In this document: positions 11,466-22,440 of the stretch, piece after piece
Position numbering within the stretch: the stretch's first letter is position 1
Layout of the letters: each line of letters starts with the position of its first letter
DNA from: Raillietiella orientalis
Taxonomy: Eukaryota
Length of the DNA: 64,000 nucleotides
Assembly (NCBI GenBank): GCA_036172245.1
Contig: JAYWIR010000027.1
Coordinates: 1,054,001-1,118,000 of the forward strand
Direction: 5' to 3'
The notes under the pieces: generated by a model
The model's input: only the letters and a program-made list of their open reading frames with translations
The model's database searches: none
Told to the model about the DNA's origin: nothing
Translations under genes and position numbers: made by a program

Positions 11466-11689
11466 AAGCTTTTCAACAACCTCAGGTTTATCAGCATCCG
11501 AAGCACTCCTTTCTAGGAAGAGGGGAGTGGACATCTTGGGACATCCCGTTTTCTCCGCTCCCCTTCCTTTCTCCCCTAGGATGGTCCTTTGCTCGTTTCA
11601 AAGGTGGAGCTCCACTGCCACTCTCCTCTTCTGCACAGCGCCTGCTTCCGTCGTCTTTATCGTTGTTTTCCTCCTGAATTTGCTACCCC

Positions 11690-11820
11690 TTTCGTTTCCT
11701 CCTCCCTTTCTTCCCTTCCTCCTCCTCCTCTCCTCTTTTTTCTCTCTTCCTCCCTTCCTCCTTCCCTCCTCCTCCTTAGCTCCACTTCCCTTCCTCCACC
11801 TCCCCCCTTCCTTCTCCTTT
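11690..11820. repeat. Polypyrimidine (CT-rich) tract
   Basis: Almost exclusively C/T. Confidence 0.9.
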
Positions 11821-12249
11821 AAACTCGCTGGAGATCTTTGTTTGTGACCCCGCAAAGCTCAGCGCTCCCACCACAGAATTCCTGAACCGAGAGATCCCTC
11901 AGCATGCCGCCGCCTTTGCTTTCGCTCCTCGTGGCTCTTCGTTCCCTCTTCCCCGTGCCTCCCTTCCTGGAGACCGCGAGCTTTCCCACCCGGAGGACCG
12001 CCTCCCTTCACCGAAGCGGATGCACTCTGAGGACTGCAATTGGGGGCCAACCCACTCCCGCGCTCTTTCCTCTAGTTCCGTTGTTTTCCCTGTTTTTCTG
12101 CTTTTTCCCTGGAGTTTTCGCTTCAAGGGTGGGGTCCTCCACATCTCCCTTGGCAGAACCCCACTTCGAGCTGCTCTCTTCGTCATCACCGGAGCTGGTA
12201 GACCGTACTCTTCTCACGTCCCAAGGAAGTCTGGGGAAGAATCGCAGGG

Positions 12250-13478
12250 AGGGGAGAAGCTCTTAGGATCGAAGGGGGCAGCGAGAGGCCTGCGGGCATC
12301 TTACTGGTCCTCCTCTGCCGTCGTTTACAGGAGATTCGTCGGTAGGGAAAAGGTGACTGCATCTTGAGGGCGATTATGGGACGTTAACCTTCATCCTGAC
12401 AACGGGAGTCCTCCTGGTGGTTGTCCCAGAAGCAGTTTTCGGAAGAGTCATTATTTGTGCTTTTCCCTCTTGAAAGGATGCTACGATCGCAAACGGCAAG
12501 GAGACGTAGTCTTCTTGGATGCTGCCGACTTGAGGACAGGAGGTTACGTTGATTCCAGCATCCTTGGCCATCTTATGATGGCTGATGATGCAAAGGAAAG
12601 GAGTGAAGGAAGGGAGGAGAAAAGCGGGAACTCTTCGACTCCCTTCTCTTCAGGATGTGCTCCTAGTGACGGCTCATCTCCTCTTCCGAGACCTGTATCC
12701 TGGAGCAGGGGGAGAGGGGGAAATTTCTCTGGGGATGCCCTTCGAGGTTTGAGGAGTCAGCAGATTCTGGACAGCATCATCGAAGCTTTCTTCTTGTGCG
12801 CGTCCCGCTTCCATCTTTTCTTACAGAGCGTAGCCGTTGACGACGGGGAAGGTCGCCATTTCCTGGTCGAGCGCTTCCAACCGAGCTTTGCGATTCCACA
12901 AATAGATGGTGCGCATGCTGCCATGGTCGCTCCGAGCGGAACCGGCTCCCAGCTTGAATACCCTTCGCGTCTTCTCTTAGGAATTCCTTGCTGGTTTCCC
13001 GTCTTTGCTCCCACTATCCCACTCCCTAGACTCTCTCCTCCCGGAAGACGAGGGTGCGGAGAGTTCCCTCTAAATGCAGCAGCTCCCGGACGCTGTGTTT
13101 ACAGGAGATGGTGATCTGGTTGCTCATGTCATCGAGCCGCGGAGTCTGGCAGGAGAAGGGAACCGTGGTTCGTCCTGCTTCGCACTCCAACGCGCACCAG
13201 TGACGCGGTTGAGGTGCCATCTGACGCAGAGGCGACCTGTGCCTCGCGCTCGGTGGCGCACGCCAGCTGCCTTCGCCCGGACACCCTGCGGGAGAGGCGG
13301 GAGATCCACATCGATCCGATCTCCGTCGAAATTCGCCCTGCTCGCTGATCCCCAACATTTCTCCGTAGCTTACCCTGAGGTTGACGGAAGGGCGTTTCTT
13401 CCATTGAAGAAAAAGAATAAAAAGGTTAACATACGACGTTGGAGTCAAGAGGAAGTTGCCAACGGAAACCACAAAAAC
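12250..13478 (-). mobile_element. Decayed LINE 5' region / gag-like ORF1 (includes the second arm of the inverted repeat)
   Basis: KDAGINVTSCPQVGS...LPFAIV...QIMTL resembles the PRE_C2HC region of Jockey-type ORF1. 13160-13478 is the inverted partner of 11170-11465. Confidence 0.4.
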
Positions 13479-13939
13479 AAAGAACTCGCTGCACCGAGAA
13501 GGCAACGGAAGCTGTGTATACAACCAGCAGGACGGACTCGCCAATGATGGGGGATCCCGGATGAACGCGACGAGGATTCCCCATCGGCCGTCCAGTCTGG
13601 GCAGACCGAAAAGTGGCCGGAAGAAACTGCAGAAAAGGCTGCGTGTAAAGGCAAAGGATCGTATGATAGGGTTAACGAGGCAGGTGGTGGTTCAGTGGGT
13701 GCGGGTGCCCCTATGCCGTGGGCAGCATGGAAAAGGTGGGAAAGCCATCCGGGGTCGAGAAATAGGGTTAGGAAGGTCAGCTTTCTTTCGTCATTGTTGC
13801 GAGTGACTTCATTTCAACGGAGCCGAAGACAAGGCGGATCAGCTGCCTTCCCTCAACTTCCAAGGCGCGCGACTCGGTGTGCGGATGAAAACTCCTGAGG
13901 TGTCACCACCCGGGACAAGCGCAGCTGAGATTCCTTCCC

Positions 13940-14220
13940 CGATGAAGGGTTCCTTCCAGCGTTCGAGAGCAACCATATGCAGACCGCCACTTCCTCCTTT
14001 GGTCTGTAGCAGACCTCACTTCCGCTGACTGCCGCTTCGAGAGCAGCTGGCACTTGGCAACAACTTGGACGACCGGGGCGAAGACACGCCTCCACACGAG
14101 CTCGTCTTCGCTATTCGCTGAACAGCAAATAGTCAAGGAAGTTTCCCTCGGGGAGAAACGTCTGCCGGGCAACAGGCCGATGGCACATGTAGTGTGTATG
14201 TTCTGAAAAGAGGACAGTGC
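13940..14220 (+). pseudogene. Bunyavirus-like L remnant (motif G region to motif F start)
   Basis: The open frame from 13961 reads QPYADRHFLLWSVADLTSA...LATTWTTGAKTRLH...QQIVKEVSL, then VYVLKRGQ in another frame. This resembles the recalled RYMIMNSLA...KT...VQL and F.FF.KGQ segments. Confidence 0.45.
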
Positions 14221-14239
14221 CACCCGCATGCCACGAGGG

Positions 14240-15646
14240 GACCTGCAAACGCGAGTGCCGTCTGCGCGCCCAGATCTTTCCTTTCGTGCGAGTGCCAGCT
14301 GCAGTCTTCTGGTACGCTAGTGGTGGGATGCTGGGAGGTCTCCGTGAAGGAGAAGGTCCCTTTCGTCCTGCCCCCTCACCGCGCCTGGAGAGCAGACTGC
14401 CTGTCACGCCACCCTCGGGGAAGCTGGCAACATCGGACCTCGCGCACCGTCTTCCACACTCTTCGGCAGGGCCTGTCCTCCTCCACTGCCGGAGACCACG
14501 GTTCAGGGGACGTCGGCTTCCTGAAGCACGCCCAAGGCGATGACTGCCCATGGAACTTGACCTCCGCGCGACGCGTGCGAGCGGCGATGACCCGAGAATT
14601 CACCAACGTAACTTTTCGTCCTGACACGCGTCCCGGAGACAATGGGATCATCTCGAGATTCCTTCGCGCTGAGAAAGGGGGATGAGATCCGGCGATGGGG
14701 TCTCCTAAACACACGGAACAAAATGCCTCCTCCTTTCCTCTTCCTTTTCCCTTCCTCTTCCTTATTCCTTTCTCTTCTTCTTCCCTTCCTCTTCCTCCTC
14801 CTTCTCTTCTTCCTTTTCCCTCCCTCTTCTTTTTCCCTTCCTCTTCCTCCTCCTTCTCCTCTTCCTCTTCCCTCCCTCTTCTTTTTCCCTTCCTCTTCCT
14901 CCTCCTTCTCCTCTTCCTCTTCCCTCCCTCTTCTTTTTCCCTTCCTCTTCCTCCTCCTTCTCCTCTTCTCTTCCCTTCCGCCTCCTCCGGCCCTCAAAAA
15001 AAAAGGCGTTGGGTTCTGGTCCACGAAGATCTTTGCGGGTAACGAGAAAAGACAGTCTTCCGGCATCCCCCTCTTGGCAGGAAGCGGTCAGGAAGCTGCG
15101 GAAAAAAATACATCTTCCTAGCTGAGAGACTGCCGGAGCAGCCTGTGTTCCCGAGCAAAGCAAGAAGTCGTGCACGTCTGCGTCGCTAGACGATGGGCAG
15201 TCTGAGGGCTCCGTGGAGACGTAGGTCGTGCGGGGTGGCGCCACCAGAGAGAATTTGACCATACCTCGTCCCGAAGGAAGGGAGCCGCGTAGCGAATGGA
15301 CGGATGCTACCCGTTCAAAAGCACGCCGTTTCAGAAGCGCGTGAAAAGGGGAGGGTGGGGGGAGGGGGGAAATGTTAGCATTGTAGCTACGAGCTCACTC
15401 TTTCGTTGCCGAGAGGGGAAAGCGAAGCATCAGTCCACGAGGAGGTCACCCGGTCGGTCCTTCGGAACGAACGCTGGGGCTCCAAGAAGAAGGGTGGCGT
15501 TCTCGAAGAGCCGGAAACTCCTGGACCTCAAGCGGGCCATCTCTCCAGGCTGGTGGTCTCAGTCCGATACTCGAACCAGCGGCATCCGCTGGTTGCACCG
15601 GCTACGGGTGTGCCGACCCGTATGGTCGAAACATCGGAAACAGATG
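14240..15646 (+). repeat. 1.4-kb near-identical direct duplication, copy 1 (LINE 3' end + CT tract + RT-derived piece)
   Basis: Matches 57566-58972 (offset 43326). The only difference I saw by eye is 14582 C vs 57908 T. Confidence 0.95.
14725..14985. repeat. Polypyrimidine tract containing a 52-bp unit repeated about 3 times
   Basis: The unit tccctcttctttttcccttcctcttcctcctccttctcctcttcctcttccc starts at 14821, 14873 and 14925. Confidence 0.9.
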
Positions 15647-15929
15647 GACTTCTCTGTCCCTGAGCAACGCCGGCATCGGACCGGCCAGGGCGTCGGAAAC
15701 CCTCAGGCACCGAGAAAAACGCTGCGGGTTCGAGTGCAGGGGGGTAGACCATCAGACAAGGTCCTCTCCGCACATAGAAACGCCTTACCTTTACGAATCA
15801 CCTGTCGGGAACCAACCCTCCTCCGACAGCAAAGAGCTGATCGAGTCGAGGAATGTGGGAAGCTGCGGAAAATCTCCTCCCTTGCATTTTGTTGTCGAAT
15901 CTTCAAAAAAAAAACGCTAGTTGCGGAGA

Positions 15930-16200
15930 CCTAGGAGGTCATCCTAGATGATCTTAGAGGAGCTGCTCTTCCTTGCAATGAACAGTCTCCGTTCCTGGAT
16001 CGTGGCTGGTGACTTTTCCGGCCTCGCAGGCTCCAGGACATGTTTCCCTCCCACCGCTACCTGTAGCAGGAAGGGGACCTTCCTGTTCTGTCGGTGCTCC
16101 TTCCCCCTCGTCCGTTCCTCGGCAGTAGCTCGCCGGTCTTTTCCGGATGCTGGCCCGAGTCGACCGCGTGGCAAAACAGCCCTAGGTTCCTCTCCCTACC
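15930..16200 (+). mobile_element. Decayed APE-type endonuclease fragment of a LINE
   Basis: LEELLFLAMNSLRSWIVAGDFS matches the W++.GDFN motif. Confidence 0.5.
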
Positions 16201-16900
16201 GGCGAGCAGAGAGAGGCACTCGCAAAGCGGTCAGACGCTCGCGGGAGATGCGGAACCGCGGCGTTGGCCGTTTCTCCGAAAGTCCTTCGTCCATGAGTCC
16301 CACAAGCTGAGGGTTCTGCGCGCTTCAGTCCGGAAGGGCTCCGAACCTCGGGAGCTGAGCAGAGAACTCCGAGAATCTGCGAGGGTCTCTCCCCACAAGA
16401 GAAGAGCTCGAGACGCGCCCGCTCCCGATAGGAAGAAGAAGGCGCGCCTCCGAAGCGCGCGAGGGACGAACAGGAAAGAGGCCGAGGAGATCAGTAAAGG
16501 ATGAAGGTCAAACAGGAACGTGGGATGGGGATGGGACCCTGGGTTTTCAGATGGGCAGCTCAAAAAGGCGGGACTGACGAGGACCAGCGGGGTGCGCGCG
16601 TGGCAGGCTTCCTTCTCGCAAGGAGGAAACCGCGATCCATCTCCAGTCCGAGGCGGCACGCCGGAGGCGATGCCAGTGAAGACGCGCCTGATCTGAGGGA
16701 GAAACGGACTGGCCCAGTGGTGGGGAACGGGAAGGGGGGGAGCTACTAAAATATCAGGTCTTCCGCGTCCCGTGCGATGTCGACTGTCTGGCAGGAAAGC
16801 CGCAGCGGTGGAGCATCGGGGTCTCCGGAATCACCCTACGGCGGCCGTGGAAGTCCTGCGAGAACTTCCTGGATAAGTGGGAACCCGAGGGGGTCTGTCA

Positions 16901-16950
16901 AAGAAACTGAGATAACCCCCGCTTTTCCAAGGGGGTTATCTCAGTTTCTT
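16901..16950. repeat. Perfect 20-bp inverted repeat with 10-nt loop
   Basis: aagaaactgagataaccccc gcttttccaa gggggttatctcagtttctt. Confidence 0.95.
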
Positions 16951-17369
16951 CGACGCTCTCGTTATCTCCCCTGCCAAAGAGCTCTACCCTTTTCGCGTGA
17001 TGGGGAACCGCGTGGCCTCTTCGCCCAAAGTCTTTCCCCCTTTAACCGGGACGTTTATTTTGTAAAAAAAAAAAATTAACCAGCTAGAAATACGCAGCTC
17101 CCAGCCAAAGACAAAAAGAAGTTCGAGGGGAGCGTCCATCGACACGCAGACCGGGTTAACGAAAGTCCGGAACGGGGGGGGGAGATCAAGGGACAAAAAA
17201 AAAATTAATTTCGGTGGGATGGGACTCTGAGTTCGCTCCGTGAGGCTCCGGGATCGAAACAAAAAACATCGGGGAAGTTGCACAGCGAACAGGGATGGGG
17301 AATGAAAATAAAAAAAATTAAGGGTGAGAGGAGGCAAGAATCACCGGGTTCCTAATTGTCCATTAACCT

Positions 17370-17800
17370 GAGGGGGATGCCAGCGATCTCCTTCTTGGCT
17401 TCTTCTTCCAGGTGAGACCACCTTGCAGCCGTCCTCATTTCCTCATATCATGCTGGTGACCTCTCTTCACTGCGTGGTCGTCTCGAGCACGTAGCGGACC
17501 ATGACGATGGCATGGACGCAACCCCGTGGTTGCGACCACAGCGCCCGTCGATCCTCCCGGAGCGAACAACCGTCACAGCACGTCCCGGGCGGTGTCCTCC
17601 TGGTGCAGGAGTGCCACTGCCGGCCTCCGCCACAGTTTCTGGAGGGCACCGCAGTCCAAAAGCAGGCGCGACGGGAGAGACCAAAGTGATCCGGACGGGA
17701 AGGGGGAGGTGCTTCCCTCTCCGGTGGATCCCTAAGCACGAGTTTCCCCGAGCCGGCTCGCCTTCGCGGGAACGAGGATTCGTCCACGTAGGTCCGCGGC
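17370..17800 (-). mobile_element. L1/Tx1-like family 3' end copy
   Basis: The reverse complement is colinear with 23600-23930 (ttttggactgcggtgccctccagaaactgtggcggagg; caaggtggtctcacct). Confidence 0.75.
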
Positions 17801-17939
17801 CACACCCTCTCCGAGACGCGCGGAGCATTCAAGGAGAGGCACGAGGAATACTCGTGGCGCGCAGTTGGCACGCCCCTGTTACGTCGCCGACAAGCGGCCC
17901 CTTAGAAACCGCAGTCCCGCCTAGGAGCGCTGATAGATA

Positions 17940-18590
17940 GGATGTTGACCTGAATAGGTAGGGATGTGTCCAAAGGTTCTCCAGGAATTCTCCATCTTCA
18001 TCGACTGAGCCCCAATTCGGACTTGCAGGAATCGCCGTCCAATCGAAAAGGCACATCAGTCTCTTCAGCTCACCTCCAGACGACTTGGCAGCGGACGGCT
18101 GCTCTGACCTGCAGTACTTCGTCCCAGACGCTATGCGCCTCTCGCGGACATCTCCAAGAGCAGCGGCGGATCTGTCCACACCTGCGGATGAGGATCTAGG
18201 GGGATCTTGCAAGGTGCCATGACCGGGAGGATGCCACTCCCGGCGAAAGGAGAAAGCACGTGGACAGTTTGGTCGTCAGGCGTCCGGTGCCGGTGCCGTG
18301 CTGGCGCACTGGGTCTCCGAGGGCGATGGGCCCAGGATGTCCGATGGAGACTTGGCTCACCGCCGTTCAACCCAGTCTCCGACTCTATCTGGAGCACGAT
18401 CCAGCGCGGAAGGGCCCACTCTTGTGGGGACGCGGCCCACAGCAGGAGATGGGCAACACTCTGAGTCCATCCACGATCCACACCCTTCTGCGCGCACTGC
18501 CCAAGCCCGAATGCTGGCGCGACCCGTGCGAGCTACACACAGCCGAAACAGCCCGCTTCTCGCTTGTAGGGGACTCGTATCTCTAAGGGA
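17940..18590 (+). mobile_element. Decayed L1/Tx1-like RT core (domains 4-7 and thumb)
   Basis: LAGIAVQSKRHISLFSSPPDDL (degenerate YADD), later ALGLRGR and LLWG...WATL, in the expected order. Confidence 0.5.
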
Positions 18591-19030
18591 AGTAGCTCCT
18601 GTTCTACCCAGATGCCCAGGAGGCGCGACACGCAATCCCCAGTGGTCCAGATGGAATGTGCGGAGGCGCCAAGGCAGCGGGAGCAGGCACTTTCTGCCAA
18701 CGCCTGCCCGGAGGGAGGGGGGAAGGGAGGATCCCAAGCTCCAGAGTACCGGAGATGATATCCTAGAGGAAGGGCGAGCCAGCGTGCTCGGCGTCCCCCG
18801 TCTCTGGGAGGCATCGCTGTTCGCTCTTGAGAAAGAGAGGCTGGCACTCCTCTTGTCCCCCTAGGGTGTTGCTTGCTTCTCTTCGATCTCTGGTCACAAA
18901 ATCCCCGCGACCCACCCCTTCAGCACCGCGATCTACGGGACGATGTGGTGCTGTGCCGTGAGCCCCAGCATTTAGGGCAGTGCGCCGGTTGCCCCGCCAG
19001 TCTCGATGACCAACCGCCCACGGAGAGGAA
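18590..19030 (-). mobile_element. L1/Tx1-like family fragment
   Basis: LPLPWRLRTFHLDHWGL parallels PLKWQESALLLLHWGL of the 25.9-kb copy. Confidence 0.55.
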
Positions 19031-19049
19031 GACTGTAACTTACTCACTT

Positions 19050-19620
19050 AGCGCTGATGAGAGGGACGATGAATGTACCAGTCGGAGGACTCCTTCTATT
19101 GAGAGATCAGACCACCCGCATCTGGGAAATGAAACTCCCGTGGTAATGAAGGCCTGAAGCAATTAAAGAGAGTACCCATGTTTTGCCTTTTCTGTGGAGA
19201 CGGTCCACTTTTCCTATGCAGAAAAACTGCTGTTATCTGTCCCTCTTGCCTTCAGACCAGCAGTCAAACTGATGCAGAGGAGATCAAAGTCAACCGTGGG
19301 AAGAAGGATTGCTGAGGCTTCTGCCAAACATTCTCGTATTATCTCGTTGGGAGAAGCTACAAGAACTGTCTTTTGGTTGTTATCGGAAACGGTGCATTTC
19401 ATTCCAGTCTCTTTCTCTGGTACGGACGCGAGTGCCTTTCTCGTTTCCAAGGTTTGGACAAGCTGGATGGTTCGCGAGTGCTCTGAAGAATGCTGGAGAT
19501 AAGACACGAAGGAGTTGAGGATCTTGCTAAGTCATGTGGAGAAGTTTTCCGGGAAGAACTTAGCATTGGGTCAACCGAGGATGGAAAATTTTGGTCAGAA
19601 CTTCATAATTCGAGAATGTA
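19050..19620 (-). pseudogene. Bunyavirus-like L remnant (PA-C-like region)
   Basis: KFFPENF, and KTVLVASPNEIIRECLAEASAILLPTVDFDLLCISLTAG aligns with 8.0 kb (QVASPG..LLGDAAAG), 20.9 kb (TLVDSP) and 55.0 kb (IFRESL..AASVLL...SCLGLDAG). Confidence 0.55.
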
Positions 19621-19639
19621 AAAGCACTAATCGGAAAAA

Positions 19640-19730
19640 GAAACATGGGTAGCAATGACCGAGTGACAATGGCTGGGTGACAGTGACTAAGCAACAACAG
19701 TTGGGTGACTGTGACCGGATAACTGACTGG
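19640..19730. repeat. Degenerate 14-bp tandem repeat x5-6
   Basis: aatgaccgagtgac / aatggctgggtgac / agtgactaagcaac / aacagttgggtgac / tgtgaccggataac, starting at 19654. Confidence 0.75.
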
Positions 19731-19739
19731 CAGCGAGTC

Positions 19740-20520
19740 GTTAGCATCCGGCCTTCGTCGCTGCTTCCTAAAGCCTGACGGTTTTGCGGTCCTTCTGGAG
19801 GAAATTACCACTTCACGATCGGAATCCAGTTCCCAATTCCCATTCTCAGTAAACCTTCAAACGTAATCCCTCAACTCAATCCTCTTCATTTAAATGCCTT
19901 CTAAGTTACGATAGCTACTCGAGGTGACTACGCAAGATTGTGATGGATCGTTGTTTTTCTTACGCGCCGAAGATTTTTAATACAATACAATGCACTTTCC
20001 AGAACATTCTCCACAACTTCCTCCATACGATGATCCTGCTGGAAATCTGCTGCAGTTCACCCTGGACCAGAATGAACCAGAATACGTCCCCAGTAAACGC
20101 CCTGGTAGTTCTGAATCTTGATGCATAGCAGCATCTCCTTCATGTTCTTTGCCTTCTCCAATTGGGTCTCGATTTCCCTGGGCACTTCATCATTCTTTGG
20201 TTCCCAGGCTCCTGGGGACCAAAGAACTGGGGTTCTCTTGCAGAATTTGGTACGCCGCTGGAGGTGAATATGAGAAACAGTTCCTTGTGCATGGGCTCCT
20301 TCCTTTGTGGCTCTTTTAGATCTGCTGCGGAGTCCTCGCCGAGAACCGGTGAATACCGATGAAGGAGGGATAGTCCAGTAGGAAAGCTGAGTGGCTTTCC
20401 TTCTGGAACATCACGTTCTAACGCCGAAGTCCTGGGTCGACTTTCAGTATTCCAAGGGTTCCCATCTACCTGATCCCATCTTCCAGCACTCTCGCGTCAA
20501 AAAAAACCATAACGGGAACG
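19740..20520 (-). pseudogene. Bunyavirus-like L remnant (post-palm region)
   Basis: Protein-level match to 8170-8600 (LG++K....F..ES...D.P), with long protein-like runs (EIETQLEKAKNMKEMLLCIKIQNYQGVYWGRILVHSG). Confidence 0.5.
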
Positions 20521-20599
20521 CATTCTGGAAGAATCCTAATAAAGAACCATTAGATTAAGTCTTTGGTTCTTGGTGCTTGCGATCACAGGATTGTCGCCA

Positions 20600-21725
20600 A
20601 CCCACAGACTCAGTAGGGAACATCACATTCGGCGGGTGGGATTGCTGGGCTGGGGAAATTCTCACAAAATCACGGAGACCTCCATAAGGCAAGCAAAGCG
20701 GAGACCATCGAAGAGGGCAGGAGGAAGAAGGTAAGCAGGAAAAGTGTCGCTTTCCGTGCAACCCGAAAAGCCAGGAAACCAAGATTCGATCGGGTCGGCA
20801 TCACGACAGACCGCAGGGGACTTTCTCCCGGGCAGTGCAGTGGAAGCTCTGAAACCCTAGTAGATTCGCCAATGAGGAACATCGCCCTCGGGGAAACCTG
20901 TTTCCGGTATGCAGAAGAGAAGGGGCATTCAAAATTTGCAGTCAGTCGTGCGGTAAGTTTGATATCCCAGTGCAATTATCTGTGTTCAGTAAGTCTGGAG
21001 GATCCCTCCTTTCGCATCCGCGTAGGTGTGGGATTGAGATTGCGTGATCTGCATTTGGTTTATTGAAACGGCCTTGGTGGCTCTGATGGGGAAAACTCAC
21101 ACAGATCATGCAAAAATAAGTAAGCAGTACAGTCAGGTGCAACTCCGAAGCACGGAAGCCGAAGAACAGCATACGCATGGATGCCACACGATCTCGATTT
21201 CTCATTCTCCGGAAAACCATGGATTCGAACAGAGATAAATCCCACTCGTAGCAAGAAGGGAGCAACGATCATTTTTATGGGGATGAAAATCAGAATAGGT
21301 AGGAGGAGGATGCACTTGTTCAGACGGAACGCACACCATCTATACGATGTGAAATGCCATATAGAAAGGGGACGAAGTTCGAATTTCGTGGTGATTCCTG
21401 ACTGAGCCCGAAAATCAGATTGGGATCTACAAAAGGAATGATGCAATCAAGCAGTTTCGGGTGCATTTAATCCTTTTCCCTATCCTGAGATCACCGAGGA
21501 ACCTTACATGGTCTACGAAGCTCACATCTTCACAAATGGCCTGCACAGAGGGCACTCGCATAATATAGCGGGTGTGTTGCGCGCTGTGCGAGCCCTACGG
21601 ATTACACCCTATGCATGACTAATGGTGTTCTTGGAAGATATGAAGTTCATCTTGAAACTCCTACAACGTTGGAGTGTCCCTTATCCCATTTTGAAGCGGA
21701 GGGGGAAAATGGCGAGTGTTTGCGT
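20600..21725 (+). pseudogene. Bunyavirus-like L remnant (PA-C end through motifs F, A, B)
   Basis: In order: ETLVDSP, SKQYSQVQLRST, AYAWMPHDLDFSFSGKP (motif F-like), EVRISW, LILFPIL and TLCMTNGVLGRY (motif B-like). Colinear with the 54.2-55.1 kb and 21.8-22.4 kb fragments. Confidence 0.55.
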
Positions 21726-21759
21726 GTTATTTAAATTTAAAAAAAAAAAAAGTGCTTTT

Positions 21760-22440
21760 GATTAACTGAAGCGGCTCCATAAATGCAGCTCCACCACTCT
21801 CAGGGAGTCGCTGAAGAGCCAATGTATCTTCTCGCTCCATTTCATTCAGGAAAATTCGAACGAAGGAAACTTCGGCTCCCTTGCACCACGTGTTCGTGTT
21901 CGTGTCTTTTTGAAAGGGAACGCACTCGCACTGCGCCACACGAAATTCAAACGTGGCGCTGTGTGGGGCTTTCAGCATGACAGGCGCTGTCGACATGTAA
22001 AGTGTTTCACGTAGCCTTCCCTGTGTTTCCTTTTGGGAGATTTGTCTTCGGGCGTGCTGCTCCTCTTCTTGAGTGTTGGATAAAGCGCATTAGGAACGAC
22101 CATCTTTGGAGATGACCTCCTTTTCACCTTTGATTTCTATCCGGATTGCTTCATTCCACAAAGGAAAGCTGCTGTTTTCTCGGAGGAGAAGAAACTGCGG
22201 TGGGTCCAGCTGTTCGGCATCTAAGAGACACTTGATAATCGTCGGAACGAGAAGGCACTTTGGTTGTCATGGATAAACAGGAGATCCATCCTGCTTCTCT
22301 CCGTCGCATGACCACGCGAGCAACAATTTAGCTCTTCAGAGTCTTTCCTTCAGCCCAGCAAACAGCTGCCAAGCAATCAATGGCCCGTGCACAATAAATC
22401 GGTGTTCCGAAAGAAACAGAAACACGACACCCATGTTCCC
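21760..22440 (-). pseudogene. Bunyavirus-like L remnant, RdRp palm (motifs F-A-B-C-D-E, degenerate)
   Basis: In order: VVFLFLSE, LAWSCDGEK, LLFIHDNQSAFS (A-like), ISQKETQGRLRETLYMSTAPVM (B-like, QG..T...M), VPFQKDTNT (C-like) and MKWSEKIHWLFSDSLRVVEL (D/E-like). Shares cgtggtcatgc and following sequence with 54.55-54.6 kb. Confidence 0.6.

Noticed and set aside
14503..15262. Long E/K/R/G-rich and F/L/P/S-rich ORFs (also 57829-58588, 22539-22946, 11311-11855)
   Set aside because: They are translations of polypurine/polypyrimidine tracts that lack stop codons by composition.
17391..17416. Polypyrimidine-CAG|GTGAG recursive splice-like motif (also cag-g-gtaagt near 63530)
   Set aside because: The first is the antisense of a Tx1-like coding segment seen in other copies, and the second has non-canonical spacing.
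19214..19507. Resemblance of IIRECLAEASAILLP to Buster/hAT transposase
   Set aside because: No other hAT motifs, and the segment aligns better with the multi-copy L-like fragments.
19640..19730. CRISPR-like array
   Set aside because: Contiguous degenerate 14-mers with no spacers, no cas genes, and a eukaryotic context.
21420..21470. LGSTKGMMQ resembling phlebovirus motif B
   Set aside because: It is out of position relative to the other landmarks in this fragment (a better B-like segment lies at about 21610), so it is likely a chance alternate frame.
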